A DNA stretch of 64,000 nt from an uncultured Gammaproteobacteria bacterium (GCA_963695245.1 OY968770.1:805894-869893), one strand, 5' to 3'. Positions 1-10,827 are shown, counted from the stretch's first letter. Program-made: numbers and translations. The notes: generated by a model from the sequence alone, not told the origin.

Positions 1-1494
1 TTTACTGACAATGGTACAACGAGGAAAATCTTCTTCTTTTTGGTTAGCAAGCCATTGTATTAAATCAGTCTCTTCAACAATTTTAAAATCTGTATTCATA
101 AGATGACGGGCACGTTTGTTACCAGAGATGGCTGCCTGTAAACCCTGTGGAATCATTTTGCCACGGCGCAGTAATTTTAAGGTATAAATACTTTCACTGG
201 TGATTTTAACGCGGGTGGCATAAGTTAAGGCCACGGAAATCATAATCGGTAAAATATCTGCGTAATCCCGTGTTTGTTCAAAAGTCATAGTAATGGCGGT
301 CACCACAGCGCCCGTGCTGCCACCAACCATAGCAGCCATGCCTGCCACAGCGAATAAACTGGTTCTAATGTGCAAATCTGGAAACAGATGTTGAGCGATG
401 ATGGCAAAAGTGGCTCCAAGACAAGCCCCTAAAAATAATGACGGAGAAAAAACCCCACCTGAGGCACCGGATCCTAAGGTCAGCCCTGTTGCCATGAGTT
501 TACAAAAAAACAATAACAGCAACATCCAGGGATTACTCAACACACCTCGCAAGATATCTAAAATAGTAGAGTAACCGACGCCATCCACATAATAATGGCC
601 AGAATAAACCAATAAAATGTACATCATTAATCCCAGAAAAAACATACCCGTCATATGGCGGATATAGGGATTTTTAAAAATATGATCAAAGCTGTCCTCA
701 AACCAGTAAATGGAGTGAATGAACAGTGAGGCGGCTGCGCCCATTAAAATGCCGAATGGGACAAACAATAAAATCACTTCTGGCTGCAAGGCGTGATGCA
801 AGGTTAAAGATAAATCCGGCACAAAAAATGAAGGGCTTAAGCCTAAAAAGGCGCGACTGATAACCGTTGCAGTGACAGTTGCTACCACCACTAAAGCGAC
901 ATTGATTGCGCTTAAGCTTATTAGTAATAATTCCATAGCAAAAGCAAGCCCACCAATTGGCGCATTAAAAGTTGCCGCTATACCTGCTGCACCCCCTGCA
1001 GCGATTAAAACAATACGCTGACGGTGGGACATTTTCATCACTTGCCCTAATACGGATCCAAAAGCTGCACCAATTTGTACAATTGGGCCTTCTCGACCAA
1101 CAGATCCCCCAGTACCAATGGAGATAGAAGATGCAATAGATTTAACTACAGCCACTACCCAGCGAATTTTACCATCCTGATAGTAAATGGCGTTCATCAC
1201 TTCCGGCACACCGTGTCCTTTAGCTTCTTTGGCAAAAGTTTGCGTAAGCCAAGTGACCACCACCGCGCCAATTACCGGTACAAATATTAAACCCCACCCC
1301 CAAACGCTGGGGGCTGGATGATTATTTGCATTGAAAATAAAGCTGAATGTACCGTTAAAAGAGAGGTTATGAACAAAGCCTATCATCCCTCGGAAGCCTA
1401 TGGCTCCAAATCCACCAATGATACCCACGAGAAAAGCCATAAATACCATCCAACTGGTATTTAAAACATCTTTAACCTGCTCTGATGAATGCAT
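1..1494 (-). CDS. ClC-family chloride channel / H+-Cl- antiporter (partial; C-terminus beyond window start)
   Basis: Minus-strand translation from the ATG at 1492-1494: MHSSEQVKDVLNTSWMVFMAFLVGIIGGFGAIGFRG...GHGVPEV...GREGP...NAPIGG. GxGIPE and GREGP are ClC hallmarks. No stop within the window, so the ORF track does not list it. Confidence 0.75.
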   Translation of the reverse strand, partial: MHSSEQVKDVLNTSWMVFMAFLVGIIGGFGAIGFRGMIGFVHNLSFNGTFSFIFNANNHPAPSVWGWGLIFVPVIGAVVVTWLTQTFAKEAKGHGVPEVMNAIYYQDGKIRWVVAVVKSIASSISIGTGGSVGREGPIVQIGAAFGSVLGQVMKMSHRQRIVLIAAGGAAGIAATFNAPIGGLAFAMELLLISLSAINVALVVVATVTATVISRAFLGLSPSFFVPDLSLTLHHALQPEVILLFVPFGILMGAAASLFIHSIYWFEDSFDHIFKNPYIRHMTGMFFLGLMMYILLVYSGHYYVDGVGYSTILDILRGVLSNPWMLLLLFFCKLMATGLTLGSGASGGVFSPSLFLGACLGATFAIIAQHLFPDLHIRTSLFAVAGMAAMVGGSTGAVVTAITMTFEQTRDYADILPIMISVALTYATRVKITSESIYTLKLLRRGKMIPQGLQAAISGNKRARHLMNTDFKIVEETDLIQWLANQKEEDFPRCTIVSK

Positions 1495-1579
1495 TTTTGG
1501 CGCACGAATGATGAAGAATTGTGCTGGATATTATCAAACTTTCTTAGAAATTAGAATGGGTTAACTGGAATATTTATAT

Positions 1580-1681
1580 ATGTAGGTTGGGTTGATTAAG
1601 CCCAACAGCCGTGGCAATTAAATTAGGCTGTAATTAAATGAATATCCTGTTGGGCTTCCTTACGTCAGCACCAACCTACAT
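1580..1681 (-). repeat. REPIN/MITE-like nested palindromic element, copy 1 (reverse orientation, left arm degenerate)
   Basis: tgtaggttgg...cccaacagccgtggcaattaaattaggc...ctgttgggcttccttacgtcagcaccaacctacat. The centre is the reverse complement of the centre in the other copies. Confidence 0.85.
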
Positions 1682-1702
1682 TGAAACCGAAAATCAAAGT
1701 AA

Positions 1703-1738
1703 ATGTAAGGTTGGGCTGACAAAGGAAGCCCAACCTAT
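1703..1738. repeat. Solo REP-like hairpin (single arm), abutting the stop codon of the downstream minus-strand gene
   Basis: atgtaaggttgggctgacaaaggaagcccaacctat. Stem ggttgggct / agcccaacc, 9-nt loop. Likely also serves as the terminator for the hslVU-DUF971 operon. Confidence 0.7.
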
Positions 1739-1751
1739 ATAATAGTATCCA

Positions 1752-2045
1752 TCAGGCTTTTTTTAAACTTTGTCCTAATTCGTAGAGATAAGAAAAAGTA
1801 TATAACCCACTTTGATGCCCATCATCAAAAATGAACTTCAAAGCGTAGTTCCCCACCGGTTCGATTTGAATAATATTAACAGCCGGATCAATTCCGGCTA
1901 CCATGGCTGGATTTTTCATCTGAGCAGAGGGCGAGTGTCTTCGCAAAAAATCAGTGGAAAATTCAAAGCTTTTGCCATCTTCATAACGAAGCTTCAATGT
2001 TTTTTGCTTTTGCAAAAGCTTAATTTCAACCGGTGTCTTTGTCAT
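1752..2045 (-). CDS. DUF971-family protein (gamma-butyrobetaine hydroxylase-like N-terminal domain)
   Basis: 97 aa. ...AMVAGIDPAVNIIQIEPVGNYALKFIFDDGHQSGLYTFSYLYELG, a typical DUF971 C-terminus. Start ATG overlaps the hslU stop (TAATG). Confidence 0.6.
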   Translation of the reverse strand: MTKTPVEIKLLQKQKTLKLRYEDGKSFEFSTDFLRRHSPSAQMKNPAMVAGIDPAVNIIQIEPVGNYALKFIFDDGHQSGLYTFSYLYELGQSLKKA

Positions 2046-3400
2046 TATAAAATAAAATGGCTAAGATCTTCATCACCTACCAGATTCTGTAAATGCTCAT
2101 CTACGTAAGCCGCATCGACTTTATAGGATTTATGACTGTTGTCAGAAGCTTCAAAAGAAAGCTGCTCTAACAACCGCTCCATCACAGTGTGCAGTCGTCT
2201 TGCGCCAATATTTTCAGTTTGTTCATTCACTTGAAAGGCCAATTCTGCAATACGTTTGACTCCATCTTTGGTAAATTCAAGATTCACTTCTTCGGTTTGC
2301 AACAGTGCCTGATACTGCTCTGTTAAGGAAGCATCTGGTTCTGTTAAGATTCTTACAAAATCTTCCGCTGACAAGGCAGACAATTCTACGCGAATGGGTA
2401 AACGACCCTGTAACTCCGCAATTAAGTCCGAAGGTTTTGCCATGTGAAAAGCGCCGGATGCGATAAATAAAATATGATCCGTTTTGACAACACCATGTTT
2501 TGTGGAAACACTGCTGCCTTCTACTAAGGGTAGTAAATCCCGCTGCACCCCTTCACGGGACACATCAGCACCACTTGTACTTTCCCGTCGGGTGACTTTG
2601 TCGATTTCATCTAAAAAGACAATGCCGTTTTGTTCACAGTTTTCAATGGCTTGAGATTTGATTTCTTCTTCATTAATAAGTTTGGCCGCCTCTTCATCTT
2701 TTAAAATTTTAAAGGCATCTTTAACTTTTAATTTTTGCAGTTTTTTCTTCTCCGACCCCATACTCTGGAATAAATTCTGCAACTGACCGGTCATTTCTTC
2801 CATACCGGGCGGTGCCATGATTTCTACGCCAAACTGAGGCGAAGCTGATAATTTAATTTCAATTTCTTTATCATCCAAATTTCCTTCACGGAATTTTTTT
2901 CTAAAAACCTGACGAGTGCTGGATTCTTCTGCTTTTTTCTCTGGTTCTTCAGGTTCACCGTCAAATTTTGCTTTAGAGCGGGCAGGCGGTAATAACGCAT
3001 CTAAAATGCGCTCTTCTGCCGCTTCTTCCGCTGCGTATTGCACCTGTGTCATGGCTTTTTCCCGTTCCATTTTAACGGAAACATCTGCCAAATCCCGAAT
3101 GATGGAATCCACATCTCGGCCTACATAACCTACTTCCGTGAATTTGGTAGCTTCTATTTTAATAAAAGGGGCTTTGGCCAACTTTGCCAGCCTTCTGGCA
3201 ATTTCGGTTTTACCCACACCGGTAGGACCTATCATCAAAATATTTTTCGGCATAATTTCTTCGCGCATTTTTTCGTCCTCAATACGCGACCGTCGCCAGC
3301 GGTTACGAAGAGCAATGGCTACTGCCCGCTTTGCTTCTTTTTGTCCAATAATATGTTTGTCTAATTCAGATACAATTTCTTTCGGAGTCATCACTTCCAT
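2045..3400 (-). CDS. hslU: ATP-dependent protease ATPase subunit HslU
   Basis: 451 aa. [20 protein letters not shown]..., Walker [21 protein letters not shown] Shine-Dalgarno sequence about 9 nt upstream of the ATG. Confidence 0.97.
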   Translation of the reverse strand: MEVMTPKEIVSELDKHIIGQKEAKRAVAIALRNRWRRSRIEDEKMREEIMPKNILMIGPTGVGKTEIARRLAKLAKAPFIKIEATKFTEVGYVGRDVDSIIRDLADVSVKMEREKAMTQVQYAAEEAAEERILDALLPPARSKAKFDGEPEEPEKKAEESSTRQVFRKKFREGNLDDKEIEIKLSASPQFGVEIMAPPGMEEMTGQLQNLFQSMGSEKKKLQKLKVKDAFKILKDEEAAKLINEEEIKSQAIENCEQNGIVFLDEIDKVTRRESTSGADVSREGVQRDLLPLVEGSSVSTKHGVVKTDHILFIASGAFHMAKPSDLIAELQGRLPIRVELSALSAEDFVRILTEPDASLTEQYQALLQTEEVNLEFTKDGVKRIAELAFQVNEQTENIGARRLHTVMERLLEQLSFEASDNSHKSYKVDAAYVDEHLQNLVGDEDLSHFIL

Positions 3401-3426
3401 TACTAAAACCTCTAAAATGAATGGGA

Positions 3427-3972
3427 TTAAATATCACTGTCTAATACTTCAATGGTGAGATTATGGTTGGTATAAACACAAATATCAGCAGCGATATTCA
3501 GACTGTTTTCCACAATGTCCCTGGCACTTAAATCGGTATGAGCAACTAACGCTCTGGCAGCAGATTCAGCAAAATGCCCACCAGAACCAATTGCCATTAA
3601 GTAGTTTTCAGGCTCAATTACATCCCCGTTACCGGAAATAATCAGGGAGGCTTCTTTGTCAGCAACACACAAAAGGGCTTCTAAGCGTCTGAGCATTTTA
3701 TCGGTACGCCAGTCTTTGGCCAGCTCCACGGCAGATCTCACCAAATGCCCCTGATGTTTTTGTAGTTTTGCTTCAAAACGCTCAAATAAAGTAAATGCAT
3801 CCGCGGTACCACCAGCAAAGCCTGCCAGCACTTTGTCATTATAAAGCCTTCTGATTTTGCGGGCATTCCCTTTCATCACGGTATTACCCATAGAAACTTG
3901 ACCATCACCACCAATCACAACTTTGCCTTTTTTTCGAACAGACAAAATGGTAGTACCTCTAAATTGCTCCAT
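3427..3972 (-). CDS. hslV: ATP-dependent protease subunit HslV
   Basis: [37 protein letters not shown]...GSGG. The ORF track starts at a TTG (3987). The first ATG gives [10 protein letters not shown]. The catalytic N-terminal Thr motif is GTTIL, so a short propeptide is possible. Confidence 0.9.
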   Translation of the reverse strand: MEQFRGTTILSVRKKGKVVIGGDGQVSMGNTVMKGNARKIRRLYNDKVLAGFAGGTADAFTLFERFEAKLQKHQGHLVRSAVELAKDWRTDKMLRRLEALLCVADKEASLIISGNGDVIEPENYLMAIGSGGHFAESAARALVAHTDLSARDIVENSLNIAADICVYTNHNLTIEVLDSDI

Positions 3973-4007
3973 GGTTGTTCTTCTCAATTTAACTGACTGA
4001 TTTTTTT

Positions 4008-4035
4008 ATATGGGGGTGAATATTTGAAATTCAAG
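4008..4035 (-). promoter_or_regulatory. Sigma-32 (heat-shock) type promoter upstream of hslV
   Basis: Minus strand reads CTTGAA-tttcaaatattca(13 nt)-CCCCATAT. This matches the sigma-32 consensus CTTGAA-N13-15-CCCCATnT. hslVU is a classical sigma-32 regulon member. Confidence 0.55.
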
Positions 4036-4125
4036 CGTTGCGCGTATTAAAGTTGCCACTTGCAAGTTCATCTGCTTTATTTTTTTGTGCTAAACTGGTT
4101 TTTATTGCTAATTTTACCATCCTTT

Positions 4126-6627
4126 ATGCTGCTGCTTATCCTGATTTTATTTGTCCTCATCGTTATTTTGTTTGGGCGCTTAAGTGTCTTAAACAATCGA
4201 GTTCGCTATTTAGAATCTCATACCCCATTGCCAAAGCAGCCTGTAACTGAACAAAAAGCTCCGTCTCTTACTAAAAAGATTAAATCTTCCCTCGAAAGCC
4301 CAAGAAAACCAAAGACTTTGAACGCACCTTTTTTCAATAAAATTAATCGCTTTCTTACCTTAACCAACAGTTTTGTAGCCATTGGTATGCTATTGCTGTT
4401 TTTTGGTGTTGCTTTTTTACTCAATTATGCCATTGCGGCAGGCTTACTTCCTTTGTCCATTCGATTATTGGGAATTTTTATTCTGGCAGTGGTGTTGTTT
4501 TTTACAGGTATCTACCTTGAGAAAAAGCGCTTTAACTATGCCGTGGTTTTAGAAGGTGGCGCTTTGGCGATTTTGTATTTATTGATTTTTGCCGGATTCT
4601 ACCTTTATGACTTAGTCTCAGCCATATTTGCCTTTGTGTTTTTTATCCTCTTAAGTGCTTTTACATTATATTGGTCCTTCAGGCGCAATCATAAAGCATT
4701 GGCTGTGATGGGCATTATTGGCGGGTTTTTTGCACCCGTTCTATTCAGCGCTCAAAGTCTGCCTGATATTTATTTGTTTTTGTATTATTTCATATTAAAT
4801 CTGGCTGTGTTTACCCTGGCCTGGTTTAAAAATTGGCGAGCACTGAATGTGCTTGGATTTATTTTTACTTTTTTAATCTCCACCCTTTGGTACGCCACCA
4901 GTTATTTCTATGTAATATTTTTGTGGGTATTTTTTGTTGAGTATCTCATCATTGCTCTACTCACTGCCCGTCATCAACCTGATTACAAACAAGGATTGGT
5001 GGAAGCCAGTCTGGTTTTTGCTTTGCCTGCCGTGGTTTTTTTATTGCAGGCTTTTTATGTGGATTTTCATAAAATACCACTGGCATACACCGCTGTTGCT
5101 TTAGGTACTGCGTATTTGCTGTTAAGTGCCTTTATGTATTATTACTTCAACCATGTCTATCGGATTTTGGCAGGCGCTTTTTTGGGTTTGGCTTTAATCT
5201 TTTTTACTCTGGCAGTGCCTTTAATACATTCTGGCAGTTGGGTTGAAAATATTTGGGCATTGGAGGCCATTGCTTTGATATGGGTAAGTCTGAAACAGCA
5301 TAGGCCCTGGTTGCGTTATGGTGGTTTGGCTTTACTTATATTTGCCGATGGCATTTTTTACTTAAGCAACGGCTTCGAGGTATATTTTATCCAGGCTTTG
5401 CTTTTGGATATTTTGATATTATTTTTAAGTCATATATTGATAGCCTATCAGTTGTGGCGTGGGAAATCTCAGATTAAAGTGCTGGAATATGCTTTAGCAA
5501 AAATCATTTTTGCCTTTGGTGGATTACTGTGGTTCTGGCTGCTGTATCAGCTTACTAAATATTATTTACCCATCAATTATGAAAATAAAGTCTTAATTAC
5601 CATGCTCAGTTTATCAGCGCTTTTGGCATTATTGATAGAAAAATGGTCGAACTGGCATTGGTTAAAAGGGTTTACTTTGAGTTTACCGCTATTCATTATA
5701 TTATTTGCTGTTAATAATTATACCACTGATAACGTATTTTTTTATGGTGACTATATGAATGGTTTTTGGTTGCTGCCATTTTTAGTCACTTATAGTGTGC
5801 TTAGCTGTTATGGCCGTGAGCCGGATAAGCCTCTGATAGTTTTCTGTCATTTCAGTACGTTTATTTTATTGATGTTTTTGTTGGCAGATTATATAAATCG
5901 AATGTTACTGCTGCCAGAGCATTTTAGCGTTACCTGGCGAGCTTGTTGTTTTGCGCTGGTGCCTGGGATATTTTTAATATTGCTTCAATTTAATCATCGT
6001 CTTTTGCAAAAACACTTTGGAACATATGTTATTTATTATCAAAAATCATTAACTTATCTTTTATTAGGCTACTTGTTTTTATGGCTGATTGTGGCAAATT
6101 TGTTTTGTTCAGGGGATCCATCGCCCTTAGCTTATCGGGTAATTTTAAATCCATTGGATTTTGTCAGCCTGACTGCTTTTATCATCACAGCTATCGGATT
6201 ATTTTATCCTGAAACAGGTGTCTTTCATTGTTTCAAAGGCTACAAAAAAACCTGGATTACCATTTTTGCGCTCACAGGCTTTGTTATATTAAATGCCATT
6301 ATTATAAGAGCCATTCATTTTATGTTAAACGTGCCCTGTGAATTTGATGCGATGTTACAATCGCAAATGCTCCAGGTAACTTTGTCACTGACTTGGTCCA
6401 TAACTGCTTTGGCATTGATGATTTCAGCACAGGCAAGAAAAAACCGTGCGCTGTGGTATGGAGGCGCTGCGCTTGCTTTTTTAACAATTTTAAAATTGTT
6501 TTCTCTGGATTTAAGTCACTCACAAACCCTGGAAAGAATTATTGCTTTTATTGGGGTGGGCGCGGTCTTACTGCTGGTGGGTTACTTTGCGCCGATTCCA
6601 CCGCTTTTGAAGCAATTGGATAAATAG
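4126..6627 (+). CDS. Large polytopic inner-membrane protein, DUF2339-like
   Basis: About 833 aa from the first ATG (the track start at 4060 is a TTG). N-terminal TM helix, then LSVLNNRVRYLE, then a Pro/Lys-rich linker and over 20 predicted TM segments. Architecture matches DUF2339. Confidence 0.55.
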   Translation: MLLLILILFVLIVILFGRLSVLNNRVRYLESHTPLPKQPVTEQKAPSLTKKIKSSLESPRKPKTLNAPFFNKINRFLTLTNSFVAIGMLLLFFGVAFLLNYAIAAGLLPLSIRLLGIFILAVVLFFTGIYLEKKRFNYAVVLEGGALAILYLLIFAGFYLYDLVSAIFAFVFFILLSAFTLYWSFRRNHKALAVMGIIGGFFAPVLFSAQSLPDIYLFLYYFILNLAVFTLAWFKNWRALNVLGFIFTFLISTLWYATSYFYVIFLWVFFVEYLIIALLTARHQPDYKQGLVEASLVFALPAVVFLLQAFYVDFHKIPLAYTAVALGTAYLLLSAFMYYYFNHVYRILAGAFLGLALIFFTLAVPLIHSGSWVENIWALEAIALIWVSLKQHRPWLRYGGLALLIFADGIFYLSNGFEVYFIQALLLDILILFLSHILIAYQLWRGKSQIKVLEYALAKIIFAFGGLLWFWLLYQLTKYYLPINYENKVLITMLSLSALLALLIEKWSNWHWLKGFTLSLPLFIILFAVNNYTTDNVFFYGDYMNGFWLLPFLVTYSVLSCYGREPDKPLIVFCHFSTFILLMFLLADYINRMLLLPEHFSVTWRACCFALVPGIFLILLQFNHRLLQKHFGTYVIYYQKSLTYLLLGYLFLWLIVANLFCSGDPSPLAYRVILNPLDFVSLTAFIITAIGLFYPETGVFHCFKGYKKTWITIFALTGFVILNAIIIRAIHFMLNVPCEFDAMLQSQMLQVTLSLTWSITALALMISAQARKNRALWYGGAALAFLTILKLFSLDLSHSQTLERIIAFIGVGAVLLLVGYFAPIPPLLKQLDK

Positions 6628-6709
6628 GCAAATCCTGCAAACTTCTTTTTTTGCCAATTGTTCAATTTTTCTTAAATAACCATTCAATAGATCTGCATGA
6701 GTAATCTCT

Positions 6710-7039
6710 TTAATGGATGTACTTACAAGGCGCTTTGTTTTTGCTCAAGTGTCTTGGTTTAAACGTTTCACCATCGAGCGGAACAATAAGCGTTTTTATA
6801 TCTGGAGGTAAATGAAGTTTATCAGGGTTTTCAAACACTCGCTCATGGACACCTGTGAAATGTATATCTGTTTCGGCAGGCTTAAGAGCACCAATATATA
6901 AACATCGTTCACTGAAGGTTTTTTCACGTTCAAAGTTTGCTGTGAGCTCATTTTTATCTTCAATAGCAACTGGCTTGTCTTTTGAAAAAAATCTCGCCTG
7001 AACTTCATCGGCCAAACGAACTTTTTTAACTGCTTTCAT
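6710..7039 (-). CDS. Small conserved hypothetical protein
   Basis: 109 aa from the ATG (MKAVKKVRLADEV...). GAGGA Shine-Dalgarno sequence 8 nt upstream. The track's longer start is a GTG. Confidence 0.5.
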   Translation of the reverse strand: MKAVKKVRLADEVQARFFSKDKPVAIEDKNELTANFEREKTFSERCLYIGALKPAETDIHFTGVHERVFENPDKLHLPPDIKTLIVPLDGETFKPRHLSKNKAPCKYIH

Positions 7040-7093
7040 AAATTTATCCTCACAGGACACACGAAAAACTTAGTATTAAATATAGAAACTAAT

Positions 7094-7197
7094 CCATGTA
7101 GGTTGGGCTGACGAAGAAATCCCAACAGGGTATTCATTTAATTACGGCCTTATTAAGTTGCCACGGCTGTTGGGCTTCCTTCGTCAGCCCAACCTAC
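7094..7197 (+). repeat. REPIN/MITE-like element copy 2
   Basis: atgtaggttgggctgacgaag...ggtattcatttaattacggccttattaagttgccacggctgttgggcttccttcgtcagcccaacctacat. The right-hand outer flank tgtaaatcgaag follows. Confidence 0.9.
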
Positions 7198-7271
7198 ATT
7201 TATTTTGCCTGTAAATCGAAGTTTTTCAGAATTCCTATATCATAAGAATGATACAAAACACTCTAGGAAAA

Positions 7272-7300
7272 TTGCTGAGTATTGCGGCAGGTGCTATACT
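7272..7300 (+). promoter_or_regulatory. Predicted sigma-70 promoter of acnA
   Basis: TTGCTG - 17 bp - TATACT, about 55 nt upstream of the acnA start. Confidence 0.4.
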
Positions 7301-7352
7301 TTGGCTACCTTATTTGTGCAGGGTTCAACCTGCGTCCATCGAGGAGAAACCA

Positions 7353-10025
7353 ATGTCTCTTAACAGTTTTAAAGCCCGGGCAAAATTATCCGTGGGTGAT
7401 AAAGAATACACTTATTTTGATTTAAATAAAGCCATGGAATCGGGCGTAGGCGATGCCAAAAGACTTCCGTTTTGTTTAAAAGTTTTGCTCGAAAACTTAC
7501 TTCGCTACGAAGATGGGGAAAGCGTTAAAAAAGAAGATATTAAAGCTGTACAGCAATGGCTTGAAACAAAATCTTCAAAAAAAGAAATTGCTTACCGACC
7601 TGCCAGGGTACTGATGCAGGATTTCACCGGTGTACCCGCTGTAGTAGATTTAGCTGCAATGCGTACTGCTATGGAAACCATGGGCGGTAACCCGACTAAA
7701 ATTAATCCACTAACGCCTGTTGATTTGGTCATTGACCACTCGGTACAAGTGGATAAATTTGGTACAGATGAAGCCTTCAAAGCCAATGTGGAAATTGAAA
7801 TGTCCCGTAATAAAGAGCGCTATGAATTTTTGCGTTGGGGTCAAAAAGCTTTTGATAATTTTCGCGTGGTACCACCCGGCACAGGTATCTGCCATCAGGT
7901 GAATTTAGAATATCTTGCTAAATCTGTTTTTACTCGTGATATTGAGGGTGAAACCTTTGCTTATCCTGATACTTTAGTTGGCACAGACTCACATACTACC
8001 ATGGTGAATGCTCTGGGTGTTTTAGGCTGGGGTGTTGGTGGTATCGAAGCGGAAGCTGCCATTTTAGGGCAACCGGTTTCAATGCTGATTCCAGAGGTCA
8101 TTGGCTTTAAACTGAATGGGAAATTATCTGAAGGGGTAACAGCGACTGATCTTGTGCTGACGGTTACTCAAATGTTACGTGCCCGGGGTGTGGTGGGTAA
8201 ATTTGTTGAGTTTTATGGTCCAGGTTTACATGAGTTACCTTTAGCTGATAGAGCAACTATTTCAAATATGGCGCCAGAATACGGTGCAACCTGTGGATTT
8301 TTCCCCATCGATAAAGAAACCATTGTTTATTTAAAACTCACCGGCCGTGATGAAGCCACTATCCATCTGGTTGAAGCTTACTGTAAAGAGCAAGGGCTTT
8401 GGCACGATGAAAATACCCAGGAACCTGTATTTACAGATACTTTAGAACTTGATTTAAGTACTGTTGTACCAAGTCTTGCGGGTCCTAAACGTCCACAAGA
8501 CAGAGTTGCCATGAAAGATTTGGCCAAAGCTACTCAGGAAGCATTAAAGACTACTCAAAAAGCTTCTGAAAAAGATAAAACTTTTGCTGTAACCGGAGAG
8601 GATTTTGAATTAAAACATGGTGCTGTGGTTATTGCTGCTATCACCAGTTGTACCAATACTTCTAATCCCAGCGTGTTAATGGCAGCAGGTTTGCTGGCTG
8701 AAAAAGCATTGAAAAAAAATCTTATGCGTAAACCCTGGGTTAAATCATCTTTAGCGCCTGGTTCTAAAGTGGTGACAGAATACCTTGAAAAAGCGGGTTT
8801 GCAGACTCATTTGGATGACTTAGGTTTTAATCTTGTGGGTTACGGCTGTACTACCTGTATCGGTAATTCCGGACCTTTACCAGAAGCCATTGCCAAGTGT
8901 GTCACCGACAATGATTTAACGGTTTGTTCTGTTTTATCCGGCAACCGTAACTTCGAAGGTCGGGTACATCCGCAGGTTAAAGCCAACTGGCTTGCATCGC
9001 CGCCATTAGTGGTTGCTTACGCACTGGCAGGAACGACCGATATTGATTTAACCACTGATCCTTTGGGTCAAGATGCCGATGGCAATGATGTTTATTTGAA
9101 AGATATCTGGCCAACTAATAAAGAAGTCGCGCATGCCTGTGCTAAAGTAGACGGGGAAATGTTTCGTAAAGAATATGCCGATGTGTTTGCTGGTGATGAA
9201 ATCTGGAAAAAGATCAAAGTCACTGAAGGTAAAACCTATGAGTGGAGTGATACTTCCACTTATGTGCAACATCCCCCTTACTTTGTGGGCATGAAAGAAA
9301 AACCAGAGCCCAAAGCAGATATTGTAAAAGCCAATATTTTGGGATTGTTTGGTGACAGCATCACAACCGATCATATCTCTCCTGCAGGTGCTATTAAGCA
9401 AGACTCACCCGCTGGTCACTACTTACAGGAACATGGCGTTAAACATTATGATTTTAACTCTTATGGTTCCCGTCGGGGCAATCATGAAGTGATGATGCGC
9501 GGAACTTTTGCCAATATTCGCATTCGGAATGAAATGGCGCCTGGTACGGAAGGCGGTGTCACCACTTATATTCCAACAGGCGAAGTCATGCCTATCTACG
9601 ATGCAGCGATGAAATATCAGGCGGATAGTAAAGATTTAGTAGTGATTGCCGGCAAAGAATACGGCACCGGTTCATCAAGAGACTGGGCTGCTAAAGGTAC
9701 TTTGTTGCAGGGCGTAAAAGCTGTTATTGCAGAAAGCTTTGAACGTATTCACCGATCTAATTTAATTGGTATGGGAGTATTGCCGCTACAGTTCAAAGAT
9801 GGTACAGACAGAAAAACTTTAAAACTTGATGGCTCAGAAACGATTACCATCAAAGGTATTAATCATATTAAGCCTTTTGATGAACTGGACATGGTAGTCA
9901 CCCGAAAAGATGGCTCTACCGAAAATGCCAGGGTCTTAGTCAGAATCGACACCCTCAACGAGCTTCATTATTATCAAAACGGTGGCATTTTGCACTTTGT
10001 TTTACGTAATTTGATGAAGTCATAA
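7353..10025 (+). CDS. acnA: Aconitate hydratase A
   Basis: 890 aa from [18 protein letters not shown] Shine-Dalgarno sequence upstream. Aconitase family motifs and the Fe-S cysteines ([14 protein letters not shown]) are present. The 5' extension to 7248 in the track runs toward a REPIN and is rejected. Confidence 0.95.
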   Translation: MSLNSFKARAKLSVGDKEYTYFDLNKAMESGVGDAKRLPFCLKVLLENLLRYEDGESVKKEDIKAVQQWLETKSSKKEIAYRPARVLMQDFTGVPAVVDLAAMRTAMETMGGNPTKINPLTPVDLVIDHSVQVDKFGTDEAFKANVEIEMSRNKERYEFLRWGQKAFDNFRVVPPGTGICHQVNLEYLAKSVFTRDIEGETFAYPDTLVGTDSHTTMVNALGVLGWGVGGIEAEAAILGQPVSMLIPEVIGFKLNGKLSEGVTATDLVLTVTQMLRARGVVGKFVEFYGPGLHELPLADRATISNMAPEYGATCGFFPIDKETIVYLKLTGRDEATIHLVEAYCKEQGLWHDENTQEPVFTDTLELDLSTVVPSLAGPKRPQDRVAMKDLAKATQEALKTTQKASEKDKTFAVTGEDFELKHGAVVIAAITSCTNTSNPSVLMAAGLLAEKALKKNLMRKPWVKSSLAPGSKVVTEYLEKAGLQTHLDDLGFNLVGYGCTTCIGNSGPLPEAIAKCVTDNDLTVCSVLSGNRNFEGRVHPQVKANWLASPPLVVAYALAGTTDIDLTTDPLGQDADGNDVYLKDIWPTNKEVAHACAKVDGEMFRKEYADVFAGDEIWKKIKVTEGKTYEWSDTSTYVQHPPYFVGMKEKPEPKADIVKANILGLFGDSITTDHISPAGAIKQDSPAGHYLQEHGVKHYDFNSYGSRRGNHEVMMRGTFANIRIRNEMAPGTEGGVTTYIPTGEVMPIYDAAMKYQADSKDLVVIAGKEYGTGSSRDWAAKGTLLQGVKAVIAESFERIHRSNLIGMGVLPLQFKDGTDRKTLKLDGSETITIKGINHIKPFDELDMVVTRKDGSTENARVLVRIDTLNELHYYQNGGILHFVLRNLMKS

Positions 10026-10043
10026 AACAAATTTCGAGATATA

Positions 10044-10150
10044 ATGTAGGTTGGGCTGACGCTTCGAAGCCCAACAGGGTATTCATTTAATTATGGCCTT
10101 ATTTAGTTGCCACGGCTTGTTGGGCTTCGAAGCGTCAGCCCAACCTACAT
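10044..10150 (+). repeat. REPIN/MITE-like element copy 3
   Basis: Arms gacgcttcgaag / cttcgaagcgtc. Followed by the outer flank ttgattttgaatgtaaatcgaag. Confidence 0.9.
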
Positions 10151-10202
10151 TGATTTTGAATGTAAATCGAAGTTTATCGTAAGTCCTAAAAGGGTATTTA
10201 AC

Positions 10203-10431
10203 ATGAATTTTTTACACCAATCCGAACCTCATCTTAATATCAGTGAGCTCGATTTTTACCGAAATGTCTATGAAAACTCACCGGATATGTATGCTTCCGT
10301 TTGTCCTAAAACCCGCAAGATATTGGTCTTACAATTACCAAAAAAATTATTGAAAAGCAAGGCGCTAAGATTGGTTTAAAATCCAATATAGGTAAAGGCT
10401 GTGAGTTTTTTTCACTTGGCCTAAAGCGTAA
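10203..10431 (+). pseudogene. Remnant of a sensor histidine kinase (PAS-like N-terminal piece fused to the last ~40 aa of an HATPase domain; two frame changes)
   Basis: Frame 1 reads MNFLHQSEPHLNISELDFYRNVYENSPDMYASVCPKTRK. The next frame reads IGLTITKKIIEKQGAKIGLKSNIGKGCEFF. One more T in a T7 run would give FFTWPKA*, a canonical HK C-terminus (G.GLGL...G.G..F.F.LP). DHp and most of the catalytic domain are missing. Confidence 0.5.
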
Positions 10432-10479
10432 CATAAGTATAGCGCATGATTACAAGATGTTATGATTGGACTCTATGAC

Positions 10480-10827
10480 TCACTTAAGTGGGATAGCCAT
10501 ATAATTACGTACGCCCTCTGATAAAGCGCGAGTTTTATGACCTCTTCCGGTTAAGTCCTCGGCCAGTAAAATCTCGCCTTCTTTGAAACTTTTTTTAACA
10601 CCATGGCCTGTTTCAATTTCCATTATGCCTCTTAGCATTAGCACATATTGTTTACACGGCGGGTTGTGCCAGTCAATTTCATTTTCTTTGTCCACTTCTC
10701 CAAAAATCACACCCTGTGTTTCCACTAACTGACTTAATTTACCGTAAGCCGCTTCAAAAAAATCAACCTGCATTTCCTCAAAATGAGATTCCCCATCATT
10801 TCCGGTATATATTCTGGTTATTTTCAT
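10480..10827 (-). CDS. Cupin-domain protein
   Basis: 115 aa, small beta-barrel cupin-like sequence (…GHKTRALSEGVRNYMAIPL). Confidence 0.5.
   Translation of the reverse strand: MKITRIYTGNDGESHFEEMQVDFFEAAYGKLSQLVETQGVIFGEVDKENEIDWHNPPCKQYVLMLRGIMEIETGHGVKKSFKEGEILLAEDLTGRGHKTRALSEGVRNYMAIPLK

Noticed and set aside
1075-1290. 71-aa plus-strand ORF
   Set aside because: Lies antisense inside the ClC channel gene, is low-complexity and has no RBS. Spurious.
3973-3987. HslV start at the TTG used by the ORF track (MRRTTMEQ…)
   Set aside because: An ATG five codons downstream gives a more standard N-terminus. The TTG extension is unsupported. Either way the catalytic Thr follows a short leader.
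6628-6709. Possible bidirectional terminator hairpin (ggcaaa…tttgcc) between convergent genes
   Set aside because: Only a 6-bp stem with a 17-nt loop. Too weak to call.
7248-7352. 5' extension of the acnA ORF (and similar extensions for the esterase at 47455, birA at 62485, vgrG to 28334, efp at 29397 and yidD at 18037)
   Set aside because: The extensions run into REPIN sequences or the upstream gene and lack an RBS. Conserved N-termini with a good Shine-Dalgarno sequence start downstream.
10107-10379. 90-aa ORF in the ORF track
   Set aside because: Starts inside REPIN copy 3 and is a chimera of the element and the first frame of the kinase remnant. Not a real gene.
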